This document shows, in pieces, positions 52,703 to 60,593 of a DNA stretch of 64,000 bases; the first letter of the stretch is position 1; every line of letters starts with the position of its first letter. The position numbers and the translations under genes are program-made. The notes under the pieces were generated by a model that was not told the origin of the DNA, did no database searches, and worked only from the letters and a program-made list of their open reading frames with translations. Source of the DNA: a virus (lineage: Duplodnaviria > Caudoviricetes); the IMG/VR virus record IMGVR_UViG_3300021086_000004, positions 26,732-90,731 of that record; one strand, written 5' to 3'.

Positions 52703-52899
52703 CCGCCAACGTCGTGGCCGAGCTCGACGCCGCCGTCAAATGGCTCCGCTGGGCCGATGACCTCGCCATCCACGCAACCGGCCAGCCAGCCGGGACCGCA
52801 CGGTGCCGGGCGCAGCTGTCCGCCGTCGCCGGATGGCTCCGACGGCATCCCGACGTCGCCACCGAGATCGGCCTCAACATGCCCGGAGGAACCGCATGA
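52699..52899 (+). CDS. Hypothetical protein
   Basis: ATGA-coupled. Confidence 0.6.
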   Translation: MTANVVAELDAAVKWLRWADDLAIHATGQPAGTARCRAQLSAVAGWLRRHPDVATEIGLNMPGGTA

Positions 52900-53099
52900 C
52901 CATCACCCTGCCGCTGATCGTCCTGGCCGGAGCCGCCGTGTTCGTCCTCTGGCGGTACTCGCCGGTAGGACCGGTCGCGATCGTGGTGATCGGCGTGTTC
53001 GGGTTCCTCCTGGCCGGGACGTCCGCGGCGCCTCCGATCCACCGCGCCCTGGCCTCCCTGGTCGGGCTCACCCAGTCGGCCTCGCAGAAGGCGAAGTAG
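52896..53099 (+). CDS. Spd-like small membrane protein
   Basis: 2 TM; GFLLAGTSAAPPI motif typical of AICE small membrane proteins. Confidence 0.75.
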   Translation: MTITLPLIVLAGAAVFVLWRYSPVGPVAIVVIGVFGFLLAGTSAAPPIHRALASLVGLTQSASQKAK

Positions 53100-53101
53100 C
53101 C

Positions 53102-55111
53102 ATGACGTCCCCTCCGCCGATCGTGCCCGCGCCGCCGCCGGTAGCGGCGGCTCCCCCTGTCACGCCGGCCGACGTGAAGCCGGCGAAGACCCCGCCCGGG
53201 CCGAAGACCGCAGCCGCTCCGCCGCCGCTGATCCCCGCGCACCGCCGCCGGCAGGCCGCTCTCGTTGGCGGTGCGGGTACCGCGGCCGGATCGACCGCTG
53301 CGGCGTTGGGTGCGGCGCAGGCCGGGATCGCACCCGGGTTCGGCGTGCTGGGAGCGCTCGGCCTGGCCGCCGGGGGCGCTGCCGGGGTGGTTGCGGTCCG
53401 CCGCCGCATGCACCGCCCCGTTACCGCCGCAGCCGCGCCGAAGGCCAAGCCGGGCCTGCGTGCCCGCGCAACAGCCCGCCGTGATGTGGCGAAGGAACGG
53501 CGGGGGAAGCTCACCGAACGGATCCGCGGCGCCCTGAACCAGCGCCGCGGGTCGAAGTCACCCGCCGGACCGGAAGCCCACTCCCGAGGGCGCCGGTCCG
53601 GCGGGGCCGGCCCAAGCCGCCGACGGATGGGCCGGCAGGCACCCGGGGTCCAGCCCCGGTCCCCGGGTGCCCCCACGCCGAAGCGCGCCGGCCGGCTGGC
53701 CCGTGCGATGCCGACGCGGGCCGGTAAGGCCGCGAGGGCTCAGCGGCGCGCGGAACGGGCGGGCGGCAGGGGCCAGCCGGCGAACTCGCCCACCGGAGGC
53801 CGGACGCCTAGGACGACCGGCAGCCCTGGCCGCCGGTCGAGGCTGGGCCGGGCGTGGGATCGGCGGCCGGGTGGTGCGGGCCGCGCCGCACGGGCAGCCA
53901 CCGGGGCCGCGAGCGGCAGTGGCGGCGGGTCGAGCAAGGCGCAGCGGAAGGCCGCGCGGAAGGCTCAGTCCGCGGGTGCGGGCACCACCCGGGCTCCGTC
54001 CGGCACTGGACGGCGCGCCCGCCGCGCCGCCCGGAAAGCCGCCCGGAACGCACCGCCGACCGTCGCCGCGCCACCCGCCGGTAAGGCGAAGAGCGGCAAG
54101 AAGACCCGGGCCGCGAAGACGACCAAGCCGGCAGCCCCAACTCCGACCGGAGCCGGGGCGAAGGCCGCACCCGTCGCCGCCGGCGCGGTCCCCCGGACGG
54201 TGTGGTCCAGCCGGCGCCGTGACCGGCGGAACCTAGGCGTCCCCGCGGCGCCGGTTCAGGCCGGCAAGGGGCGGTGGGCGCGGCTCAAGGCGCGGCTGAA
54301 CCCGGTCGTCGCATCCGGCTCGACCAAGCACGTCCCGTGGGAAGAGCCACCCCCGCCGAAAGGCGGAGGCGTCGGACCGGTCTCGCCGAAGGCCGGACCC
54401 AAGCCGCCCGGTGGGCCGCCGGGCGGCTCGAAGGAGAAGCCCCGGGTCCTGACCGACGACCGGGTCCTCGCCACCCGCGGCGCCCGGACCCGACGACAGG
54501 ACTTGGCCGACTCGCAGTGGGGACCGGCGGGTCTCCGCGATGACCCGCCGCAGACCGACGCGTCGTGGGCCGCCGGGTTCGCCCCCGGCCCGGAGCCGCT
54601 GGCCGAAGACGCACGAACCGCCGCCCGTGACCGCTGGCAGCGCCGCACCAGCCAAGGAGCCACCGTGCCCGGAAACAAGGATCCCCTCGGATTCCACAAC
54701 GCCCGCAGAGGCGCCGACGGCGAGATCCACGACCGCGCTCCCGCGACCGGCATGGCACGACCGGCCGCGCCATGGGGCACCGACGACCCGTACAACGGCC
54801 CGTCCCGCGGTGGCGGCACGGGTGAGATCGCCGACATGCGCACCGACATGCCCCGGTTCGAGGCCACCGCCGCGGACGCCGCCGAAGACCTCGCAGCTGA
54901 CTTCCGACGCCGCGCCGCAGAGGTCAGCGACGGCACCCCCTCGTCACAGGCCGTGAAAGACGCATGGGAGGCGCTCGCCGCACAGCAGTCCGCCGTCGCG
55001 CAGGCCACCGCGGAACTCGCTGGCATGTCGCAGCGGGTCGACGCGGTAGGCCACGACGCCGGGGACCGGTACGGCCACGACCCGAACTTCGGCAAGTGGG
55101 CGGGCCGCTGA
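53102..55111 (+). CDS. Large Arg/Lys/Ala/Pro-rich transfer-region protein with TM and helical C-terminus
   Basis: Hydrophobic segment near N-terminus, long basic low-complexity middle, helical acidic C-terminal domain. Confidence 0.65.
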   Translation: MTSPPPIVPAPPPVAAAPPVTPADVKPAKTPPGPKTAAAPPPLIPAHRRRQAALVGGAGTAAGSTAAALGAAQAGIAPGFGVLGALGLAAGGAAGVVAVRRRMHRPVTAAAAPKAKPGLRARATARRDVAKERRGKLTERIRGALNQRRGSKSPAGPEAHSRGRRSGGAGPSRRRMGRQAPGVQPRSPGAPTPKRAGRLARAMPTRAGKAARAQRRAERAGGRGQPANSPTGGRTPRTTGSPGRRSRLGRAWDRRPGGAGRAARAATGAASGSGGGSSKAQRKAARKAQSAGAGTTRAPSGTGRRARRAARKAARNAPPTVAAPPAGKAKSGKKTRAAKTTKPAAPTPTGAGAKAAPVAAGAVPRTVWSSRRRDRRNLGVPAAPVQAGKGRWARLKARLNPVVASGSTKHVPWEEPPPPKGGGVGPVSPKAGPKPPGGPPGGSKEKPRVLTDDRVLATRGARTRRQDLADSQWGPAGLRDDPPQTDASWAAGFAPGPEPLAEDARTAARDRWQRRTSQGATVPGNKDPLGFHNARRGADGEIHDRAPATGMARPAAPWGTDDPYNGPSRGGGTGEIADMRTDMPRFEATAADAAEDLAADFRRRAAEVSDGTPSSQAVKDAWEALAAQQSAVAQATAELAGMSQRVDAVGHDAGDRYGHDPNFGKWAGR

Positions 55112-55113
55112 CC

Positions 55114-55890
55114 ATGACGGGCAGGCTCGTTGTCGACGGCCCGGACAGGGTGGGCGCGGTCGCGTACACATTCATCGTGTTCGCGGTCAGCATCGCCGTG
55201 TCCGGGTTCGGGCAGCCGGCCATGTTCGGCCCCGTCCCGTGGGGGTGGGCCGTCGCCGTATATGGCACGTTGGGGGTGATCCTCGCCTGGGGGTTCCCCG
55301 TCCGCGTGTACGCCACCGGAGGCGGCGCCACCGACTGGACGTTCCCCCTGCCGGTCCGGGCGTGGACGGCGGCGGCCATGGTGGTCGCGTTCTGGGTCGC
55401 CGCCGGGGCGTGGGTCGGGTATGGCTGGGTCCACGGGTGGGGGTCGGGCCGGTACTGGATGTCCTGGCTGGGCGGATTCGCGGCGACTGCCACCGCGGCG
55501 GCGACGTGGGCTCCCCCGACGAACCTCGGTCTGCCTATGCAGCCGTACGCGGCCGATCTGGCCGCAGCCGGGCTAGTCCCGGCCGCGGACCCGTGGGCGC
55601 AGATCGTCGCCGCGGCCACCAAGGGTCGCGTCGCGGGGGTGACTACCCGGCGGGTCGACCGGTGGGAATCCGGCTGCGGCTACTCCGCGTACCTCACCCT
55701 CCCCGGTGACGGCTCCACCGACGAGACGCTACAGCCGTACCAGGCGGCGATCGCCGCCGTCCTAGACGTCCCCCGCGGCGGCGGCGTGACCGTCTTCCCC
55801 GACCCCGACGGCGGGGCGCGGGCGATCCGCGTCGACGTCCTCGAAACCGACGCGATGGCCTCGGCCATCGACTACCCCGGGCTGGACTGA
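55114..55890 (+). CDS. TraB N-terminal membrane part (separate ORF)
   Basis: About 4 TM segments, then AIAAVLDVPRGGGV..RAIRVDVLETD, the TraB pre-motor region; TGATG overlap. Confidence 0.7.
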   Translation: MTGRLVVDGPDRVGAVAYTFIVFAVSIAVSGFGQPAMFGPVPWGWAVAVYGTLGVILAWGFPVRVYATGGGATDWTFPLPVRAWTAAAMVVAFWVAAGAWVGYGWVHGWGSGRYWMSWLGGFAATATAAATWAPPTNLGLPMQPYAADLAAAGLVPAADPWAQIVAAATKGRVAGVTTRRVDRWESGCGYSAYLTLPGDGSTDETLQPYQAAIAAVLDVPRGGGVTVFPDPDGGARAIRVDVLETDAMASAIDYPGLD

Positions 55891-57233
55891 TGGAGCCGCT
55901 GACGATCAACGGGCCGATCCCGTTCGGCCGGCACCGCGACGGCACCGTCGCCGCCGCCCAGATGCGGTTCGCCTGCGTGGCGATCGTCGGCGAGCCGAAC
56001 TCCGGGAAGACGATCCTTGAGCACAACCTGTGCTGCGGGCTGATCCGATGCCCCGACGCACTGGTCTGGATGGTCGACCTGTCCCGCGGTGGCCTCGCGA
56101 ACGCCTACCTGAACCCGCTGGTCGACGGCGACGTGACGACGCCGCCGGTCGACTGGATCGCCACCGACCCGGGTGAGGCGCATGCGATGACGCAGGCCGC
56201 GTGCGACATCATCGGCCGCCGACGGGCGGTGTACCGGCAGTGGATGAAGCAGCGGCGGACCGACAAGCTCCCCCTCACCCACGACCTGCCGGCGATCTAC
56301 ATCCTGATCGACGAGGGGAAGAAGGTCACCGGCGCGCGGGCGGACCTGAAACTCCTCGCCAAGATCATCCAGGTTGCGGACGAGGGCCGGGCGATGGGCG
56401 TCCGCCTGGTCATCACCGGCCTCCGCGGCACCTCCGAGGTGATCCCGTCGGAGTTGATGGCGGACATCGGCTGCCGCATCGGCATGTCGGTGGCGTCCGC
56501 GGCGGAGGCGAACTACCTGTTCGGGTGGAACCACCGGCCGAACCCACGGGACACCCCGTACCCGGGGTGCGGGCTGTGGCGGCACGGCCTCGGTGGGCCG
56601 CCAACCCCGTTCCGCTCCTACGACCTGTCCGATCCGACGCGGATCGCGCGGCTCGCGGTGGCGTGTGAGCCGTGGCGGCCCACCCTGGATGAGCCGTCCC
56701 TGGACGGGCTCGCCCCGGAGCTGCGGGAGTGGTACCTGAGCCGGTGGGAACGGGCCGCGGAGAGCCTCGGTGAGCCCGCGGGCTCAGGCGGCCCGGCGGC
56801 GCAGGTGAGCCATCCCAGTGGCCGCGTGGTAAGCCAGTCGCCGAGCCGGCCTATGAGCGCGTTGGACCGGCTCGCTGCCATGCCGTCGCTGGACCAGGCG
56901 CTCAACCGGGTCCGCCGCGCGCGGACGGCTGAGGGGCTCACCGGGGAGCGGCTGGACGAGCGCTGGGCCGACCTCGCCGCGCAGCTCGGCGACGACCGCG
57001 CGGCCGGCGGCGAGGGCTGGGCCGACGACGGCGTCGCGACCGAGCCCCGGGCTCGGATGCTGCAACTGGTCGACGCGGCCGGCGGCAACGGCGTGTCCGG
57101 TCCGAAGCTCCGCGAGGCGCTCGCCGCCGAAGGTCACGATGTGCCGATGACGACCCTGTACCGGTGGCTGAAGGCCGACGCGGTCGACGGCGGCTACAGC
57201 GTCTGGCACTCCAGGAAGGACATCGCGCCGTGA
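55890..57233 (+). CDS. traB: TraB / FtsK-SpoIIIE DNA translocase motor plus C-terminal winged helix
   Basis: PIPFGRHRDG, Walker A GEPNSGKT, Walker B IYILIDEG, EGRAMGVRL, C-terminal wHTH ending TTLYRWL. Confidence 0.88.
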   Translation: MEPLTINGPIPFGRHRDGTVAAAQMRFACVAIVGEPNSGKTILEHNLCCGLIRCPDALVWMVDLSRGGLANAYLNPLVDGDVTTPPVDWIATDPGEAHAMTQAACDIIGRRRAVYRQWMKQRRTDKLPLTHDLPAIYILIDEGKKVTGARADLKLLAKIIQVADEGRAMGVRLVITGLRGTSEVIPSELMADIGCRIGMSVASAAEANYLFGWNHRPNPRDTPYPGCGLWRHGLGGPPTPFRSYDLSDPTRIARLAVACEPWRPTLDEPSLDGLAPELREWYLSRWERAAESLGEPAGSGGPAAQVSHPSGRVVSQSPSRPMSALDRLAAMPSLDQALNRVRRARTAEGLTGERLDERWADLAAQLGDDRAAGGEGWADDGVATEPRARMLQLVDAAGGNGVSGPKLREALAAEGHDVPMTTLYRWLKADAVDGGYSVWHSRKDIAP

Positions 57234-58153
57234 TGGAAAGTCCCACCGGCGATTCCCCGCCCCCCGCGCCGGCTCTGAGCGTGCCGCTGCCCGCCGGGCG
57301 CGGTAATACCCACGGCAATTCCCGCCGGCCGATGGTGTGGTGGGGGGTGCTGGCGGTGGCCGCGTGCGGGGTTGTGGCGACCGCTCACGGCCTGTTCGCG
57401 GTCGCGGTGGTATCCGGGGTGGGTGCGCCGGTGGCGTGCCTGTACGTGCCGATCACGGACGGGCTGGCGCTGGTGGCGTACGCGTCGACCGGCCGGCTGA
57501 CGGGATGGGACCGCGGGTACGCGTGGCTGATCGTGGTGGTCGCGGCCGGGCTGTCGGGGCTGGCGCAGGCGGTGAACCTCGCCGGGCTGGGCGAGGTGGA
57601 CTGGCGGCTGCGGTTCGGGGTGGGGTACTGGCCGGCGGTGGCGGTGGCGGTGGCGGCTCACCTGCTGTGGCTCGTGGGCCGTCCCGGGCCGGTGCGAGCC
57701 CTGGTCGCCGAGCCCGTTGCGAGCCCGTCTAGCGAGCTCGGCGAGCCGGCGACAGAGCCCGGCGGTGAGCCCGCGCCGAGCCCGGCCAGAGAGCCCGAGC
57801 GAGCCCACCCGGTGAGCCCCAGCGAGCCGACCAGCGAGCCGCCATGCGAGCCCTCGGCGAGCCCGCCAGGTGAGCCCCACCGGGCGCCTCTTGCGAGCCC
57901 TGCCGAGCCGGCCAGCGAGCCCCCTGGCGAGCCCGCCGCGATGGGCTCGGTGAGCCCGATCCGGCGGCAGCGAGCCCGCGGGAAGCGAGCCCCCGACCCG
58001 GCTCTTCTGGACTGCGACTGCGGGCTCGCCAGGTGCCCGGGGCGGGTGTCGAAGGCGGCCCGGACGCGGCACCGCGCGGAGGTCAAGGAAGCCGCCGAAC
58101 TGGCGGGCCGTGCCCAGTCGAACGGGCACCGCGAGCCGGCGGGCGCACGGTGA
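57230..58153 (+). CDS. DUF2637 / Spd-like membrane protein with Pro/Glu-rich linker
   Basis: 4 TM (ATAHGLFAVA..YVPITDGLALVAY..AAGLSGLAQA..WPAVAVAVAAHL); GTGA overlap with traB. Confidence 0.75.
   Translation: MMESPTGDSPPPAPALSVPLPAGRGNTHGNSRRPMVWWGVLAVAACGVVATAHGLFAVAVVSGVGAPVACLYVPITDGLALVAYASTGRLTGWDRGYAWLIVVVAAGLSGLAQAVNLAGLGEVDWRLRFGVGYWPAVAVAVAAHLLWLVGRPGPVRALVAEPVASPSSELGEPATEPGGEPAPSPAREPERAHPVSPSEPTSEPPCEPSASPPGEPHRAPLASPAEPASEPPGEPAAMGSVSPIRRQRARGKRAPDPALLDCDCGLARCPGRVSKAARTRHRAEVKEAAELAGRAQSNGHREPAGAR
57696..57991 (+). repeat. Array of 22 direct GAGCC repeats (mostly GCGAGCC(C)), putative clt/TRS
   Basis: Spacing mostly 10-14 bp; occurs in all three reading frames (12/4/6). Confidence 0.85.
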
Positions 58154-58323
58154 TCGCCGCCGTGGGTGCCGCGCTGGCCGCGTTAGGTGTCCTGGCGGCT
58201 GCGTGCGGCCTGGGCCGTGCGCGGGAGTTGCGGGGCGAGCGTGAGCGGGCGTCGCAGCGTGCCGGGCGGGTGGCGTTGGCGGGGCCGGGGTGGTCGGGGC
58301 GGTTCGGCCCCGACCGGCCCTGA
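58150..58323 (+). CDS. Small membrane-anchored protein
   Basis: GTGA-coupled; N-terminal TM. Confidence 0.55.
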   Translation: MIAAVGAALAALGVLAAACGLGRARELRGERERASQRAGRVALAGPGWSGRFGPDRP

Positions 58324-58324
58324 C

Positions 58325-58507
58325 CTACCCGCAGTAGATGCAGCCATTGGGGTTCGCGCCCTTACAGGCGCCGCATCCCCGGGTCGCGGAGGTGCGGCGG
58401 GCGATGGCCGCAGCGAAGTCCTCGCCGAAGTACTGGGCTGCCAGGTCGAGCGCCTTGCCCTCGTCGCCGTAGATGGTGATCGCCTCGGACTCGGTGTTCT
58501 TGGCCAT
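58325..58507 (-). CDS. 60-aa protein with C-terminal CxxC..CxxC
   Basis: GGAAGGA RBS; own consensus promoter. Confidence 0.7.
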   Translation of the reverse strand: MAKNTESEAITIYGDEGKALDLAAQYFGEDFAAAIARRTSATRGCGACKGANPNGCIYCG

Positions 58508-58547
58508 CTTCTCGGTTCCTTCCGTTGCGCTCTCCCTGACAAGACAA

Positions 58548-58587
58548 ACTTTACCCCTCCCTACACAGGCTGTCAATAGGCTAGGAT
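58548..58587. promoter_or_regulatory. Overlapping divergent promoters
   Basis: Minus: TTGACA-N17-TAAAGT; plus: TAGGAT-N6-ATG(58594). Confidence 0.8.
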
Positions 58588-58593
58588 AAAGGA

Positions 58594-58815
58594 ATGGATG
58601 AGGACCGGATCGCGGAGTTGGCCGCACGCATCGACGCCCTCCGCGCCGCCCAGGACGGGCACCGCACCGCCATCTCCCGCCTCGCCGTCCAGGCCGCGGA
58701 CGCGGTCGCCGAGCTCGTCCGCGCCTGCGGTTCGCAGCGCACCGCGGCGGAGGCGCTGCACGTATCCGAGGGCCGGGTGAGTCAACTCCTCGCGGCCTCC
58801 CGCCGGGCCGCATGA
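58594..58815 (+). CDS. Small HTH regulator
   Basis: GSQRTAAEALHVSEGRVSQL. Confidence 0.75.
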   Translation: MDEDRIAELAARIDALRAAQDGHRTAISRLAVQAADAVAELVRACGSQRTAAEALHVSEGRVSQLLAASRRAA

Positions 58816-58926
58816 CGGGGAGGTTCGGCCCGGACCGTTGAGCGGGCTGGTGTCCCTACCCAGGGCCGGACGGTGCGAGCCGCTGCCGGCCGCGCTTACC
58901 ACTGGGCAGGGGCGCCGGCCCCACCC

Positions 58927-58956
58927 TTGACGCATCGCACCACCCAGATATATCCT
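58927..58956 (+). promoter_or_regulatory. Leaderless sigma70-type promoter
   Basis: TTGACG-N18-TATCCT-N6-ATG(58963). Confidence 0.75.
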
Positions 58957-58962
58957 GACGCT

Positions 58963-59217
58963 ATGACAACCACCGCAGCCGGAACCGTCCCGCTGACCGT
59001 CTTCCACGTCAGCCGGGACGAGGGCGTGGGCTACGACGAGACCGCCGGCTACGTCGCCGTCGCCGAGGGCGAGCGGCACGCCCGTGCCCTCGGCGCCGAC
59101 GTCAGCGGCGACCAGTCGGCCACCGTCTGGTTCGCGCCGACCACCACCGTCGCCCGCATCGGCACGGCCGACACGGCCGCCTTGCCGCAGATCGTCCTCA
59201 CCGACTACGCCGGCTGA
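58963..59217 (+). CDS. Hypothetical protein (leaderless)
   Basis: Promoter geometry; protein-like composition. Confidence 0.7.
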   Translation: MTTTAAGTVPLTVFHVSRDEGVGYDETAGYVAVAEGERHARALGADVSGDQSATVWFAPTTTVARIGTADTAALPQIVLTDYAG

Positions 59218-59222
59218 GCGCG

Positions 59223-59492
59223 GTGCCGGACGTGAGGTACCTGCTCGTGTCGGATGTCGCCCGGGCACGCCGGGTGAAGGTTCCGTCGATCTACCGGTAC
59301 ATCAACCTGGCCCGCAGGCACCGGGACGCGGGCCGGCCGTGGCCGTCGGACATTCCGATCCCCTCCGACGGGGACGCGCTCGTGAAGGGCGGACGGGTGT
59401 GGCTGCGGTGGCCTGCGGATGGGCCGATCGCGGCGTGGATCGCCCGCACCGCCGACCATAACCCCCAGACGAACAGGAAGGACGCGACATGA
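59223..59492 (+). CDS. AlpA/excisionase-like HTH protein
   Basis: LLVSDVARARRVKVPSIYRY..IPIP. Confidence 0.6.
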   Translation: MPDVRYLLVSDVARARRVKVPSIYRYINLARRHRDAGRPWPSDIPIPSDGDALVKGGRVWLRWPADGPIAAWIARTADHNPQTNRKDAT

Positions 59493-59710
59493 AGTACTCG
59501 GTCTACGTGCAGAACGTGGTGTCGAGCGTCGTTGAGGTTGAGGCCGACAACCCGAAGGCCGCAATCGAGGCCGCGTTCCAGTCGAACGACATGCCCGGAT
59601 CCATCACTGTCGGAGCGTTCGGCGGAGTGTCTGTCGACGAAGGCGACTGGGAGCCGTACCAGGTCTACGACGAGGCCGGCGCGACGGTATGGAAGGGCGA
59701 GACGGCATGA
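59489..59710 (+). CDS. Hypothetical phage protein
   Basis: ATGA-coupled; GGAAGGA RBS. Confidence 0.7.
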   Translation: MKYSVYVQNVVSSVVEVEADNPKAAIEAAFQSNDMPGSITVGAFGGVSVDEGDWEPYQVYDEAGATVWKGETA

Positions 59711-59910
59711 CCGCCACGCTGACGTGGGTTGCGGCGCCGTGTGGGTGTGAGTTCGCCGGACGCCACGGACGCTCCGCCGGCTGCCAGGTCATCTCCCGCG
59801 ACGACCAGGGGTTCGCGACCTGGTCGGGGGTCGAGGTCGGCCGGCACATGGACCGCGCCCGTCGAACGCTCGACGAGTCCGCTGGCCTGTCCCGATTCCT
59901 GGCCGTCTGA
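59707..59910 (+). CDS. Hypothetical protein
   Basis: ATGA-coupled. Confidence 0.55.
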   Translation: MTATLTWVAAPCGCEFAGRHGRSAGCQVISRDDQGFATWSGVEVGRHMDRARRTLDESAGLSRFLAV

Positions 59911-59911
59911 C

Positions 59912-60106
59912 ATGGCCACGATCAAGCTGCGCCTGACCGACGGGCAGACCTTCACCAACGGCGCCGCGGTCAACGGCACGGTCGAGGAGATCCGGGACGA
60001 ACTCAGCCGCGCGATCGAGGCCGGCGCCGCGGTCAACATGAACGAGCCCGGACGGGTGATTGTGGTCAACTCGGCGCACATCCTGTACGCGGTCGTGACC
60101 GCGTGA
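59912..60106 (+). CDS. Hypothetical protein
   Basis: ATG 1 nt after upstream stop. Confidence 0.65.
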   Translation: MATIKLRLTDGQTFTNGAAVNGTVEEIRDELSRAIEAGAAVNMNEPGRVIVVNSAHILYAVVTA

Positions 60107-60315
60107 CCGGGCCGGAGCACTACGCCGAAGCCGAACGACTGCTAGCCGAAGCCGATAAGGCCACCGAGCGCCCGGTGGCGGAGACGCGGGCGCTGTTCGC
60201 CCTGGTCCACGCCCAGTTGTCCACCACTGCGGCGATCGTCGACTGCTCCGGCCGGGTGGACCGGGAGTGGCGTGACGCGGTCCCGCACCCGTACCAGTCC
60301 GGGAGCCGGCCGTGA
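60103..60315 (+). CDS. Hypothetical phage protein
   Basis: GPEHYAEAERLL motif; GTGA-coupled. Confidence 0.7.
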   Translation: MTGPEHYAEAERLLAEADKATERPVAETRALFALVHAQLSTTAAIVDCSGRVDREWRDAVPHPYQSGSRP

Positions 60316-60593
60316 CCGCGCCGATCCCGATCCGCGGCCCCTCCGCCGCAACGGTGGCGAAAGCCGGGCGGATCGTCGCCAACGGCGGCGTCCTCGTCGA
60401 CTACGCCGAACCCGCCCTGTCGGCCCTGTCCACCCTGGTCACGTCCGAGTCCGGCGGCCAGTACGCGGTCACCCACGGCCGCCTCCTCGGCTGGCACTGC
60501 ACATGCCAGGCCCGGACGGTGTGCTCCCACATCCTGGCCGCGACCTGCGTGGCTGTCGACGACTACGGGTTCGACGAGGAGGAGTTGACGTGA
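60312..60593 (+). CDS. SWIM Zn-finger protein
   Basis: WHCTCQARTVCSHILA. Confidence 0.75.
   Translation: MTAPIPIRGPSAATVAKAGRIVANGGVLVDYAEPALSALSTLVTSESGGQYAVTHGRLLGWHCTCQARTVCSHILAATCVAVDDYGFDEEELT

Larger units (their letters stand above)
49751..58323. mobile_element. AICE/plasmid-like TraB transfer module embedded in the prophage
   Basis: GntR divergent from an operon with DUF3307, Spd-like membrane proteins, FtsK/TraB and DUF2637-like genes. Confidence 0.8.

Noticed and set aside
57696-57991. Simple protein-level Glu-Pro repeat
   Set aside because: 10 of 22 GAGCC copies are out of the EP frame, so protein selection alone does not explain it
59223-59492. Evidence for an integration module (xis/int)
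   Set aside because: Only an AlpA/Xis-like HTH; no tyrosine or serine recombinase motifs anywhere in the window
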